From: an uncultured Gammaproteobacteria bacterium
Lineage (GTDB): Bacteria > Patescibacteriota > Patescibacteriia > UBA11705 > JABHMO01
NCBI GenBank assembly: GCA_964486065.1
Contig: CAZAKN010000005.1
Location: 60-64,059 of the forward strand
Length of the DNA: 64,000 nucleotides
Direction: 5' to 3'
Program-made: the position numbers and the translations under genes
In this document: piece by piece, positions 46,129-55,756 of the stretch
How positions within the stretch are numbered: position 1 is the first letter of the stretch
How the letters are laid out: each line of letters begins with the position of its first letter
Notes under the pieces: model-generated
What the model saw: only the letters and a program-made list of their open reading frames with translations
Database searches by the model: none
Told to the model about the DNA's origin: nothing

Positions 46129-47058
46129 ATGAAAAATGAATTTAATGATTTTTTATGTGAATATGCCGAGAAAAAAGGCATTATTTGTGAAAAAGTGGAT
46201 AAAGGCGCTGAATTTGTTTTATTAAAAAAAGGTGGAAAGAAAAAATTGATTTATGGAGGAGTGGTGACGGATCAATCCGCGGCGACGGGATATGTTTTGT
46301 CTAAAAACAAGTTTTTTACACATGAATATTTAAAAAAGAACAAATATCCGGTTTTACCGAAGATTAGAACCAACAAATATTCCGAAGCTGAAAAATTTTT
46401 AAATAAACATAAAGTTGTTGTTGTTAAACCTCCTTTTTTGAAACAAGGCAAAGGAATATCAGTTAATTTGAAAACCAAAAAAGATTTGCGTCAAGCTTGG
46501 AATTTAGCTCGTAAATACGCCGGCAATATTATTGTTGAAAAATTTTTCGCGGGAGAAGATTTAAGGGTTTTAGTGATTGATTATAAACATGTTTTCGCCG
46601 TAAAAAGATATCCGGCTTATGTGATGGGTGATGGGAAAAGTAATATTAAAAAATTGATTGAAATAAAAAATAGAAAAGGCTATCCTGGTAAAAGATTTAA
46701 AAAAATCATGATAGATAATGCTTTGCGAATGTTTTTAAAACAATCAAAACTGACTTTGCAAAATGTGCCTGCGGAAGGCGAAAAAGTGGTAGTGAGAGGA
46801 ACCGCAAATGTGCATACAGGTGGAGAAACGGAAGGTTTTACCGATAGTTTAAGTTCAGATATAAAAAAACAAGCCATTGCTTTAGCCAAAGAATTAAGAT
46901 TACCCGTTGTCGGAGTTGATTACCTGGTCTCGCCAAATCAGAAAACCAAGTATATAATTGAATTAAACGCTGATCCCGGTTTTAAATTGCATCATTTCCC
47001 TATTTTGGGAAAACCGGAAGATCCAACTGAAAAATTTTTACAAATGATATTTAAATAA
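46129..47058 (+). CDS. Cyanophycin-synthetase-N-domain-like ATP-grasp ligase, paralog B
   Basis: YVMGDGKSNIKKLIEIKNRKGYPGK ... VHTGGETEGFTDSLSSD ... IIELNADPGFKLHHFPILGKPEDPTEKFLQMIF. Same architecture as 45118-46125. Confidence 0.55.
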   Translation: MKNEFNDFLCEYAEKKGIICEKVDKGAEFVLLKKGGKKKLIYGGVVTDQSAATGYVLSKNKFFTHEYLKKNKYPVLPKIRTNKYSEAEKFLNKHKVVVVKPPFLKQGKGISVNLKTKKDLRQAWNLARKYAGNIIVEKFFAGEDLRVLVIDYKHVFAVKRYPAYVMGDGKSNIKKLIEIKNRKGYPGKRFKKIMIDNALRMFLKQSKLTLQNVPAEGEKVVVRGTANVHTGGETEGFTDSLSSDIKKQAIALAKELRLPVVGVDYLVSPNQKTKYIIELNADPGFKLHHFPILGKPEDPTEKFLQMIFK

Positions 47059-47059
47059 A

Positions 47060-49981
47060 TTGAAAAATATGCCACATATGCATTACCGAAGTCCCAGACC
47101 CAGAGGATCATTTTCTTCAAGTCCCGGAGGAGGAGGTGGAAATTGGTTTAAAAAAATTTGGCGCTCTTTGAAGTCTTTTTACAAAAGACATAAAAAGCCC
47201 ATTAACAAAACTTTAAAAAGACTCTTATTGCTGGGAGTAATCTGTTTTATTTTGTTTTCTATTTATGTTTTGGTAGCGTTTGCTTGGTATTCGCGTGATT
47301 TACCGGATCCAAATAAAGTTATTGAACGCAATATTTCTCAAAGCACCAAAATTTATGATCGCACGGGAGAGCATTTGCTTTATGATGTTCATGGAGATGA
47401 AAAAAGAACTTTGGTTAAATTAGAAGATATTCCTGATATGATTAAATGGGCGACCATTTCCGCGGAAGATAAAAATTTTTATGAACACCATGGATTCAGT
47501 CCGTTGGCTATATTTAAAGGCGCGGTGATAGATCCTTTAATGGGGAAAAGAGCTCGTGGCGGGTCAACGCTGACTCAGCAATTCGTAAAAAATTCTTTAT
47601 TGACCAATGAACGCAGTATTTCAAGAAAAATTAAAGAATTGGTTTTGTCTTATAAAATTGAAAACATGTTTTCAAAGGATGAAATATTGCAAATGTATTT
47701 GAATGAAATCCCTTACGGTTCAGTGGTTTACGGAATTGAGTCTGCGGCGCAAACATTTTTTGGCAAATCCGTTCAAGAATTGACTTTGGCGGAAATTACG
47801 GTGTTGTCCGGTTTGCCACAATCGCCGACTTATTATTCTCCTTATGGCTCTAATTTTGACGCTTTGAAAAATCGTCAAAAATATGTTTTGGATCAAATGG
47901 TGGCCAATGATTATATTTCTCGTGAGGAAGCTGACGAGGCTTTTCAAGAAGAACTTGTTTTCACGGAACAAAAGAACGCTATCCAAGCGCCACATTTTGT
48001 TATGTATGTGAAAGAATTATTGGCTGAAGAATTGGGCGAAGATTTATTGGAAACAGGTGGTTTAAAGGTTCTTACCACTTTGGACATGGATAAGCAAAGG
48101 ATCGCCGAAGAAGCGGTGGAAAATGGTGTTAGTACCAAAGGTGAATATTATGAATTCCACAACGCGGCCTTGTTGTCTCTTGATCCGCGAAATGGACAAA
48201 TTTTGGCTATGGTTGGTTCTCGTGATTATTTTGATCGCGAAAATGACGGCAATGTTAATGTTACTTTGCGTCCACGACAACCCGGTTCTTCCATGAAACC
48301 ATTGGTTTATACGGCCACTTTCCAAAAAGGTTATACTCCCAATACGGTTTTGTACGATACTGTCACTACTTTTAAAACCGATACCAAAGATTACCGACCG
48401 CTTAATTATGATTTAAGAGAACACGGTCCGGTAACCATTAGAAAGGCTTTGCAAGGATCACTGAACATTCCCGCCGTGAAAGCCACTTATTTGGTGGGGA
48501 TTGAAAAAGTTTTGGATTTTTTGGAACTTATGGGTTACAACACTTTTGAAGATCGCCATCGTTTTGGGTTGTCCATTGTTTTGGGCGGAGGAGAAGTAAC
48601 ACTTTTGGAACACGCGGCCGCTTATGGCGCCTTGGCCAATGGCGGAGTTTATCATGAGCCGTCGGCAATTCTACGAGTGGAAGATAGTCGTGGTAATGAG
48701 CTTATGCGGTTTGAAGAAAATGAACGCAAAGTCATGGAGCCCAATTACGCATACATTATTTCTAATGTTTTGTCGGATAATGGCGCTCGTGCGTATGCTT
48801 TCGGTTTACAAAACCATTTAACTTTGGGTGAAAGACCGGCGGCGGCTAAAACCGGTACCACCAATGATTATCGTGACGCGTGGACCATGGGATATACTCC
48901 TTCCTTGGTAGCCGGAGTTTGGGCGGGGAATAATGATAATTCGGAAATGAAGCGAGGTGCCACCGGTGGAGAGATAGCGGCTCCCATTTGGAATGAATAT
49001 ATGCGTCGCGCTTTGGAAGAAACAGAAATTGAATATTTTCCGAACGCTTCAATCCCTCAAACCGGCAAACCGATTTTAGACGGAGATGTGATGCCGGAAG
49101 TTACTTTGAAAATAGATAAATTCACCGGCAAGTTGGCAACGGATTTGACACCGGAATCATATATTGAAGAAAAAAAATATCGCCAAGCGCATAGTATTTT
49201 GCATTATGTTTACAAAGATAATCCGCGTGGCACCGTGCCGGAAGACCCCGCGTCAGCGGACCCCGCTTATCAGTATTGGGAAAGCGGTATTCAAGAATGG
49301 CTTAAGAAAAAAGCCGAGGAAGAAGGTGAAAGCGATATTGAGATTTCAGAAGAAGAGCCTCCGACCGAATATGACGACGCGCATACGGAAGAAAATCGTC
49401 CCACCATATTTATAAATTCTCCCGACAGCAATGAACGGATTGACAGTGAAACTTTAACCGCCAGAGTGAATGTTTCCGCTCCGCGGGGAATAGGCAGAGT
49501 GGAGTATTATTTGGATGATAAATTGATTCAAACAGTTACTGGCAGACCATATTCGTTAAATTACAGTTTGAGCAGTTATTTTGGTAAAGGTTATCATACT
49601 TTGCGAGTCGTGGCTTATGATGATATTGACAATTCCAATGAGGCGACCGTGGAAATAAATATTACCGCGGATATTGATGAACCGTCGGTTATTTGGCGAT
49701 CTCCGCGCAATCATCAAATTTTCAGGCAAGCTGATTTTCCGGTTACCATTAGAGTTACATTGACTGATTTGATGGTGACAAAACAAGCCAAATTCATTGA
49801 GAAGAAAAAAGGAGAATCAGAAGAAAGAATGATCTCCACGGTTATTTCTCCGGATAGTCAAGATCAAGTGATTAATTGGGGTAGCGCCTTTGAAAGAGGT
49901 GAATATGAATTGATCGTGGAAATTACGGATATGAATAATAATAAATATCGCAGTTTGGTCAGAGAGATTGTGGTTAATTAA
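47060..49981 (+). CDS. Class A penicillin-binding protein (PBP1A-type bifunctional transglycosylase/transpeptidase) with C-terminal Ig-like extension
   Basis: GT51 motifs EDKNFYEHHGF, RGGSTLTQQ. Transpeptidase motifs SSMKPLVY (SxxK), SLN, KTGTT. A roughly 250-aa C-terminal beta-rich extension. Gly/Ser-rich cytoplasmic N-terminus. Confidence 0.85.
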   Translation: MKNMPHMHYRSPRPRGSFSSSPGGGGGNWFKKIWRSLKSFYKRHKKPINKTLKRLLLLGVICFILFSIYVLVAFAWYSRDLPDPNKVIERNISQSTKIYDRTGEHLLYDVHGDEKRTLVKLEDIPDMIKWATISAEDKNFYEHHGFSPLAIFKGAVIDPLMGKRARGGSTLTQQFVKNSLLTNERSISRKIKELVLSYKIENMFSKDEILQMYLNEIPYGSVVYGIESAAQTFFGKSVQELTLAEITVLSGLPQSPTYYSPYGSNFDALKNRQKYVLDQMVANDYISREEADEAFQEELVFTEQKNAIQAPHFVMYVKELLAEELGEDLLETGGLKVLTTLDMDKQRIAEEAVENGVSTKGEYYEFHNAALLSLDPRNGQILAMVGSRDYFDRENDGNVNVTLRPRQPGSSMKPLVYTATFQKGYTPNTVLYDTVTTFKTDTKDYRPLNYDLREHGPVTIRKALQGSLNIPAVKATYLVGIEKVLDFLELMGYNTFEDRHRFGLSIVLGGGEVTLLEHAAAYGALANGGVYHEPSAILRVEDSRGNELMRFEENERKVMEPNYAYIISNVLSDNGARAYAFGLQNHLTLGERPAAAKTGTTNDYRDAWTMGYTPSLVAGVWAGNNDNSEMKRGATGGEIAAPIWNEYMRRALEETEIEYFPNASIPQTGKPILDGDVMPEVTLKIDKFTGKLATDLTPESYIEEKKYRQAHSILHYVYKDNPRGTVPEDPASADPAYQYWESGIQEWLKKKAEEEGESDIEISEEEPPTEYDDAHTEENRPTIFINSPDSNERIDSETLTARVNVSAPRGIGRVEYYLDDKLIQTVTGRPYSLNYSLSSYFGKGYHTLRVVAYDDIDNSNEATVEINITADIDEPSVIWRSPRNHQIFRQADFPVTIRVTLTDLMVTKQAKFIEKKKGESEERMISTVISPDSQDQVINWGSAFERGEYELIVEITDMNNNKYRSLVREIVVN

Positions 49982-49996
49982 ATATAAATAAAATAG

Positions 49997-50031
49997 AAAG
50001 CCTCGCCGATTAGGGCGAGGCTTTTGTTTTT
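49997..50031. terminator. Bidirectional terminator hairpin (aaagcctcgcc gatta gggcgaggcttt + T-run)
   Basis: 11-bp perfect stem between the convergent PBP1A gene (+) and the 50031-50264 gene (-). Confidence 0.6.
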
Positions 50032-50264
50032 TACAAAGAACGGCGGATGCTTGGTTGTTCCATTCGCCTGATCCAGAGATTATATTCTCCTTTCTCCACG
50101 AAGACGGGAATTTTGCCCGGTAAGGGTTCGCCTTTATGGTCAAAAGCATGATGACCGAAGCGACGGGTAAACCAAGATATTTTCGATTTTTCATTTAAAG
50201 AACAATTGCCGAGAAAGACTTCATTTTCTCCCTGTTCGGGATGTGCTTTGAAAGATTGTTTCAT
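50031..50264 (-). CDS. Small hypothetical protein (77 aa)
   Basis: SD AAGGAGGTACCTG before the ATG at 50264 (internal to track ORF 50031-50306). No family recognised. Confidence 0.35.
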   Translation of the reverse strand: MKQSFKAHPEQGENEVFLGNCSLNEKSKISWFTRRFGHHAFDHKGEPLPGKIPVFVEKGEYNLWIRRMEQPSIRRSL

Positions 50265-50407
50265 CAGGTACCTCCTTGTTTTGTTTACAATACTATTTAT
50301 TATCATATTTGAATTTAGTGGTCAAGATTTGGTTTGAGGAATTATTAACATTTTTCAATTGAGCCAAAGCCTGTTTTTTGATATAATTCACTATATTTAG
50401 ATAAAAT

Positions 50408-53400
50408 ATGTATTTATCAAGATTGGAAATCCAAGGCTTCAAGTCTTTTGCTCAAAAGACGGTTTTTGAGTTTCCCGAAAAGTCTCATCATGACGCTAAA
50501 GCCAAGAGTATAACCGCCATAGTTGGTCCGAATGGTTCGGGCAAATCCAATTGTTCGGACGCTATTCGCTGGGTAATGGGTGAGCAAAGTTTAAAACTGC
50601 TTCGTTGTAAAAAAGCCGATGATGTGATTTTCGGTGGTTCGCCGACCAAGGCGCGGCAGGGAGTAGCGGAGGTTTCTATGGTTTTTAATAATGAAGATCA
50701 TGAATTGCCGATTGATTTTGCTGAAGTGGTTTTGACCCGTCGTGTTTATCGTGATGGTGAAGGTGAGTATTTGATCAATAAAAAGAAAGTTAAACTTTTT
50801 GATATTTTAATGCTTTTGGCCAAATCAAATTTCGGACAAAAAAGTTATAGTATCGTGGGGCAAGGCATGGTTGATCATATTATCAATATTTCACCGTATG
50901 AAAGAAAAGATTTTTTTGACGAAGCCACCGGAGTGAAACAATATCAAATAAAAAGAGATCAGGCGGTTAACAAACTTCGTCGTTCGCGTGAGAATTTGTC
51001 ACAAACCAATCAAATTATGCAGGAATTGGAACCGCGATTAAGGTTATTGACCAGACAGATTAAAAAATTGGAAAAAAGGCAAGAATTGGAATTTGAGTTA
51101 AAGGGTTTGCAAGAAAAATATTACGCACACATTTGGCAAAATCTTCAAAAAAATCGTAAAGAGCAAAAGGAGCAATTCGGCGTACAGGATGCTTTGAAAA
51201 AAAACTTGGAAATTGAATTGACTCGCGTACAAGATGAATTGGCACAAATGGCGAGAGAGGAATCACGCAAAGATGTATATAATGAATTGCAAAAAGATTA
51301 TAACCGACATTTGTCGGAGAAAAACGAATTATTAAAAGAGTTGGCTTTGGTTAAAGGAAAAATGAATTTGGAATATGTCAAAGCAGGTCAGCAAAATTTA
51401 TCTTGGTTGGAAGATAAAAAAGAGGAAATAGAGAAGCGCTTGGCGGAAATTCAAGAAAGTCGCAATAACGCGGATAATCGTTGGCGACAGAAAAAAGGAC
51501 TTTTAAGTGAAAACGAGAGCCAAATTGCGCAAATAAATCAAGAATTACAGGTTTTGGAAAACAATTTACAATTGGCTCAATCTGAATTGGATAATATTAA
51601 AAAAGGAGGTAAAGTGAATTTCGCTTTGGAATCGGTAAAAGCTTTGTTAAGGCAAAAAGATTTTATTAAAGGAGTTTGCGGGACGGTCAGTCAATTGGGA
51701 ACGGTGGAAGAAATGTACGAAGCGGCGTTGAGTTCCGCGGCCGGGGGAAAATTGAATGCTTTGATCGTGAAAGATGATGAAACGGCGGTTCGGTGCATTA
51801 AGTATTTAAAAAAGAATAAATTGGCGCCGGTTACTTTTTTGCCATTAAATAAATTAAAAGTTACCAGACCGGATAAGCGGTCCAAAGAACTTTTGCAAAT
51901 GAATGGAGCGATCGGTTTCGCCGTTGATTTGTTGGCTTTTGATCCGAAGTACGCCAAAGCTTTTGAATTTGTTTTCAGTACTACCATCGTAGTTGATAAT
52001 GAGGAAAATGCTAAAGCCATAGGCGCGGGAAAAGAAAGAATGGTTACTTTGGCCGGAGATATTTTTGAAAGAAGCGGTATGATTAAGGGCGGGTACAGAG
52101 AAAGTAAGTTTTTGCGGTGGCGAACCTTGAACAGTCAAGAGGCGCAGTCTACCCAAAGTGAAAAAATTCGTGAAATCGCGCTTTTGGAATCAAAATTAAA
52201 CGAGAAACGAAGGCAAAAAGAATTGCTTGGGGAAGAGATCCAAAATTGTCGCGTGGAAATAGAAGTCGCTGATACCAAATTAAAAGGTTTAAATAATGAT
52301 TTTGATGAATTGCAAAAAGAAAAAAACAAGATTCAAGCTGAAATAGCGGAAAATCAGTTGGCTCCGGAAGATCAAGATGAGTTCATGAAATTATTGAATA
52401 AAAAGAAAAATGAATTTGATGAAAGAATAGAAGCGCAAGAAAAATTTTTGGTGGAAATAAGAAAAAAAATTGATGAATTTAATTTAGAAGAAGAGAAAAA
52501 GAAAGCGGTGGTTTTCAGGTTGCAGAAAGAGATGCAGGAACATCAAATGAAATTGAATGAGGTAAATCAATTATTGAACGAGGTGAATATTGCTTTGGCC
52601 AAATTGGATACCAAAAAAGAAGATTTGGAAAAAGAAATACAAACCGAATTGGGTTCGGAAGTAAATTTGAATGAAATAAAACTGGATAGCCTGGTGAATG
52701 TGGATCAACTTTGGTTTCAAATCGGCAAGATTAAACACAATTTGGAAATTATCGGTGGCATTGATCCTGAAATAGAAGAAGAGCATAAAGAAGTCAGTGA
52801 ACGCTATGAGTTTCTCAGCAAGCAAGTGGTTGATTTGGAAAAAAGCATTGATGATTTGGAAAAAATTGTGTTGGAATTGGACGCGGTGATCAATAAGCAA
52901 TTTGACACTACTTTCAAGAAAATAAATTCAGCATTTCAAAATTATTTTTCAAAAATTTTTGATGGTGGCAAAGCTAAATTGCAAATGGTGCAAAAAGAAA
53001 AAAAGGAAATAGCTGAAGAGTATGAAAATCAAGAAGACATGGAGCAAAAACTACCGGAAAATAAATCAAAATTGGTAAACACGGGCATTGAAATAATGGT
53101 GGCACCGCCGAACAAGAAAATTAACAATATTGCGGTTTTATCGGGAGGCGAGAGAACTATGACCTCGTTGGCATTAATTTGCGCTATTATTGAAAGTAAT
53201 CCGGCGCCGTTTATTGTTATGGATGAGGTGGATGCCGCCTTGGATGAAGCCAATTCGGAGAAATTGGCGCGAATTTTGCAAGAATTATCTTATCGGTCTC
53301 AATTTGTGGTTATTACACACAATCGGGTGATTATGCATGTTTCAGATGTTCTATACGGAGTAGCCATGAGCGATGATGGTGTCAGTAAAATAATGTCGCT

Positions 53401-53440
53401 TAATCTGGAAGAAGCGAAAAAAGCGGTAGAAGAAAAATAA
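50408..53440 (+). CDS. smc: Chromosome segregation ATPase SMC
   Basis: N-terminal Walker A GPNGSGKSN. Long coiled-coil arms with a central hinge (GVCGTVSQLG...). C-terminal signature LSGGERTMTSLALI and Walker B FIVMDEVDAALD. Confidence 0.9.
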   Translation: MYLSRLEIQGFKSFAQKTVFEFPEKSHHDAKAKSITAIVGPNGSGKSNCSDAIRWVMGEQSLKLLRCKKADDVIFGGSPTKARQGVAEVSMVFNNEDHELPIDFAEVVLTRRVYRDGEGEYLINKKKVKLFDILMLLAKSNFGQKSYSIVGQGMVDHIINISPYERKDFFDEATGVKQYQIKRDQAVNKLRRSRENLSQTNQIMQELEPRLRLLTRQIKKLEKRQELEFELKGLQEKYYAHIWQNLQKNRKEQKEQFGVQDALKKNLEIELTRVQDELAQMAREESRKDVYNELQKDYNRHLSEKNELLKELALVKGKMNLEYVKAGQQNLSWLEDKKEEIEKRLAEIQESRNNADNRWRQKKGLLSENESQIAQINQELQVLENNLQLAQSELDNIKKGGKVNFALESVKALLRQKDFIKGVCGTVSQLGTVEEMYEAALSSAAGGKLNALIVKDDETAVRCIKYLKKNKLAPVTFLPLNKLKVTRPDKRSKELLQMNGAIGFAVDLLAFDPKYAKAFEFVFSTTIVVDNEENAKAIGAGKERMVTLAGDIFERSGMIKGGYRESKFLRWRTLNSQEAQSTQSEKIREIALLESKLNEKRRQKELLGEEIQNCRVEIEVADTKLKGLNNDFDELQKEKNKIQAEIAENQLAPEDQDEFMKLLNKKKNEFDERIEAQEKFLVEIRKKIDEFNLEEEKKKAVVFRLQKEMQEHQMKLNEVNQLLNEVNIALAKLDTKKEDLEKEIQTELGSEVNLNEIKLDSLVNVDQLWFQIGKIKHNLEIIGGIDPEIEEEHKEVSERYEFLSKQVVDLEKSIDDLEKIVLELDAVINKQFDTTFKKINSAFQNYFSKIFDGGKAKLQMVQKEKKEIAEEYENQEDMEQKLPENKSKLVNTGIEIMVAPPNKKINNIAVLSGGERTMTSLALICAIIESNPAPFIVMDEVDAALDEANSEKLARILQELSYRSQFVVITHNRVIMHVSDVLYGVAMSDDGVSKIMSLNLEEAKKAVEEK

Positions 53441-53456
53441 ATGTATTTTCAAATAG

Positions 53457-53490
53457 AAAAGCGAACTGCTTAGGCAAGTTCGCTTTTTGG
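53457..53490. terminator. Bidirectional terminator hairpin (aaagcgaact ... agttcgcttt)
   Basis: 10-bp perfect stem with a T-run, between smc (+) and 53495-53941 (-). Confidence 0.55.
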
Positions 53491-53494
53491 TTTG

Positions 53495-53941
53495 TTAATC
53501 TTTGATTTCCATCTTTTTAATCAGTTTTTCAAGCGCTTTTTGTTTCGCTTCTATTTCTTGACGCAAAGCCCTTTGTTTTTTTTCGGTTAAACCGAAGATG
53601 CCGATTTCCGCTTTATCCAATTCTTCCAAGGCGTCATCCATGGCTTCGGAAGCGGTCATAAGAGCGGTTTGAGCGGAAAACACGCCTTGTAAGTCGCGAA
53701 TATATATTTTTCGCGTAGCTAGAAGTTCTTTGATTTTGAGCACTCTTTGCAGGGTAGTTTCCGAATATACTCCATAGGAGCCTCTTTGCCCTCGTTCGGT
53801 GAAGCCGATTCTTTTGGTACCGCCGACCAATTTGTCTTGGATGTATTTCCTTAAATTGGGAGCGGAAAAGCGTTGTCCGGTTTTCTTGCAAACAGCGTTC
53901 ACGAATTCTTTCAAGGTGTAGGTTTTTTGTTTTTTAGCCAT
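53495..53941 (-). CDS. Hypothetical protein with basic N-terminal region and C-terminal coiled coil (possible DNA-binding)
   Basis: 148 aa. No confident family assignment. Confidence 0.3.
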   Translation of the reverse strand: MAKKQKTYTLKEFVNAVCKKTGQRFSAPNLRKYIQDKLVGGTKRIGFTERGQRGSYGVYSETTLQRVLKIKELLATRKIYIRDLQGVFSAQTALMTASEAMDDALEELDKAEIGIFGLTEKKQRALRQEIEAKQKALEKLIKKMEIKD

Positions 53942-54014
53942 CTTTTTGCTCCTTGCTGGGGGAAAGCACTGAAATTGACATCACTGGGAATGAACAAGCC
54001 GATAGCAAATTTTA

Positions 54015-54533
54015 TCACCTTAAAAGACCTTTGTCAATCGGTTGAAAATTATCGGATTGAGGGTATTTACGATGGTATTCATCCAGAAAGGATTCTTTGA
54101 GATCCAATTCCAAATTATGAATTTTTTCCTCAAGATTGTCAAAGTCCTCGGCATGATAATCATCTCCCCATTGTTCGGCGATTTCATCCAGCTTATCTTG
54201 ATCTTTCAGTTCTTTGAAATATTGCATTTTTTCAAGTTCCAACATTATTTGTTCACATCGTCTTGCTTCGGCGATTTCTTCAAGGCGATCAAATTTTGTT
54301 TTTTCTTTTTTTTCCTTATGTTCTTTGACAGCTTGTTCCACATCTTGAATAAGCGCTTTGAAATATTTATTTTTGAAAGCCTGTTCGTCGTTTGGAAAAG
54401 CATTATCAATGGCTCGCCATGTCGCGGGACGAGCTTCGTAATCTTCGGCCAATGCCAAAGCGTTTTTTCTTATTTTTTCCAGATAAGGTAATTTTTGCAT
54501 AGATGAATTTATTATGTGTATATATTTTAGCAT
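54015..54533 (-). CDS. Hypothetical acidic coiled-coil protein
   Basis: 172 aa with a charged-residue-rich helical pattern. Confidence 0.3.
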   Translation of the reverse strand: MLKYIHIINSSMQKLPYLEKIRKNALALAEDYEARPATWRAIDNAFPNDEQAFKNKYFKALIQDVEQAVKEHKEKKEKTKFDRLEEIAEARRCEQIMLELEKMQYFKELKDQDKLDEIAEQWGDDYHAEDFDNLEEKIHNLELDLKESFLDEYHRKYPQSDNFQPIDKGLLR

Positions 54534-54590
54534 TTATCAATGTAATGAAAAAGTTTATTAAAAAAATAGAAAATTGTATAATGTAAATAT

Positions 54591-55097
54591 ATGAAAAAAC
54601 AAAAAATTACAGTGAAAGATAAGATGCAAAAAGGTTATTTATATTATTTGACCGAACCGATCGGTCGTAATTTTGATCCTAAATTCAAACCCGAATTAAC
54701 ACCGAAACAAATGTTGGAGTTGGGTGTATTCGGGGGAAAATACATGACTGATTGTCGCAAAGAATTTCCCAAAGCTTGGTATTTCAAGGCAAAACTTAAT
54801 TCCAAATTTCATGAAGCGGGATTGAATTATTTTAAAGTAAATGCCAGCCAACCATTGTATATCTGGCGTCAAAAGGGTTGGATACATCCTGATGATCCGC
54901 GCGGTTGGTTTCAATGGTATTGCCGTTACTATCTTGGCAGACGGCATGAAGACGATACTCGGCAGATTAGGCGTTGGCGCGCATTTAAAAGGCATTGGTC
55001 CGCCGTGAAAAAGAATTGTCGTAAGGGAGATTATGCTTGCCGTCGCAAGCAAAGGCAAGCTCTTTTGCATTGGGCTTATGATAGTAGGAAAATTTAA
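54591..55097 (+). CDS. Hypothetical basic Trp/Arg-rich protein
   Basis: 168 aa. Conserved-looking block KGWIHPDDPRGWFQWYCRYYLGRRHEDDTRQIRRW. No family recognised. Confidence 0.35.
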   Translation: MKKQKITVKDKMQKGYLYYLTEPIGRNFDPKFKPELTPKQMLELGVFGGKYMTDCRKEFPKAWYFKAKLNSKFHEAGLNYFKVNASQPLYIWRQKGWIHPDDPRGWFQWYCRYYLGRRHEDDTRQIRRWRAFKRHWSAVKKNCRKGDYACRRKQRQALLHWAYDSRKI

Positions 55098-55113
55098 ATT
55101 GATTGGGTAACGA

Positions 55114-55146
55114 AAAACCCTTGTCAAACAAAGGGTTTTTTATTTT
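55114..55146. terminator. Bidirectional terminator hairpin (aaaaaccctt gtcaaac aagggttttt)
   Basis: Perfect 9-10-bp stem with T-run. Confidence 0.55.
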
Positions 55147-55157
55147 AAATAATAATA

Positions 55158-55499
55158 TTAATTACCCAGCTTAACGGCTGTTCCGTAGGCCAGCATTTCA
55201 GAAGCGCCATTCATAACCATTGAAGTTGTGAAGCGGATATTGATAATTGCGTCGGCACCCATTTCAATCGCTTCGTTTACCATACGGTTGTAGGCTTCGT
55301 TGCGAGAATCTTTGGTCATTTCGGTATAAGTTTTAACTTCACCTCCCACGACACTTTTTAAAACCGCGGAAATGTCGCGTCCGATATTTCTGGCACGGAC
55401 AGTGCTACCTTTTACCACACCTAAAATTTGTTTTATTTCTTTGTCGGGAATATTTTCTCCCGTAGTTACAATCATGTTTTCCATACTATTTATTTTCAT
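55158..55499 (-). CDS. YbjQ/UPF0145-family protein
   Basis: 113 aa. TTGENIPDKEIKQILGVVKGSTVRARNIGRDI...GGEV..YT pattern typical of the UPF0145 (YbjQ_1) fold. Confidence 0.65.
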   Translation of the reverse strand: MKINSMENMIVTTGENIPDKEIKQILGVVKGSTVRARNIGRDISAVLKSVVGGEVKTYTEMTKDSRNEAYNRMVNEAIEMGADAIINIRFTTSMVMNGASEMLAYGTAVKLGN

Positions 55500-55756
55500 T
55501 ATTATTATTAATTTCTTCTATTTTATCTTCATTTTTATTGAACAAAATGAAAAAGCCGATAATAAAAATAGGCAGACCGTAAATTGAAATCCAAATACTC
55601 CATAATATTCCCACATAAATTAAAAACCCTCCCCAAACGATTGTCGCGATTCCGCTTATTGTCCGACTGACTTTATTCATCGTAAATTTATTTAATTATA
55701 TGGTTATTTTATAACAATCTTGGAGTTATTTAAACATAAAGCCAAGAGATGGATCA

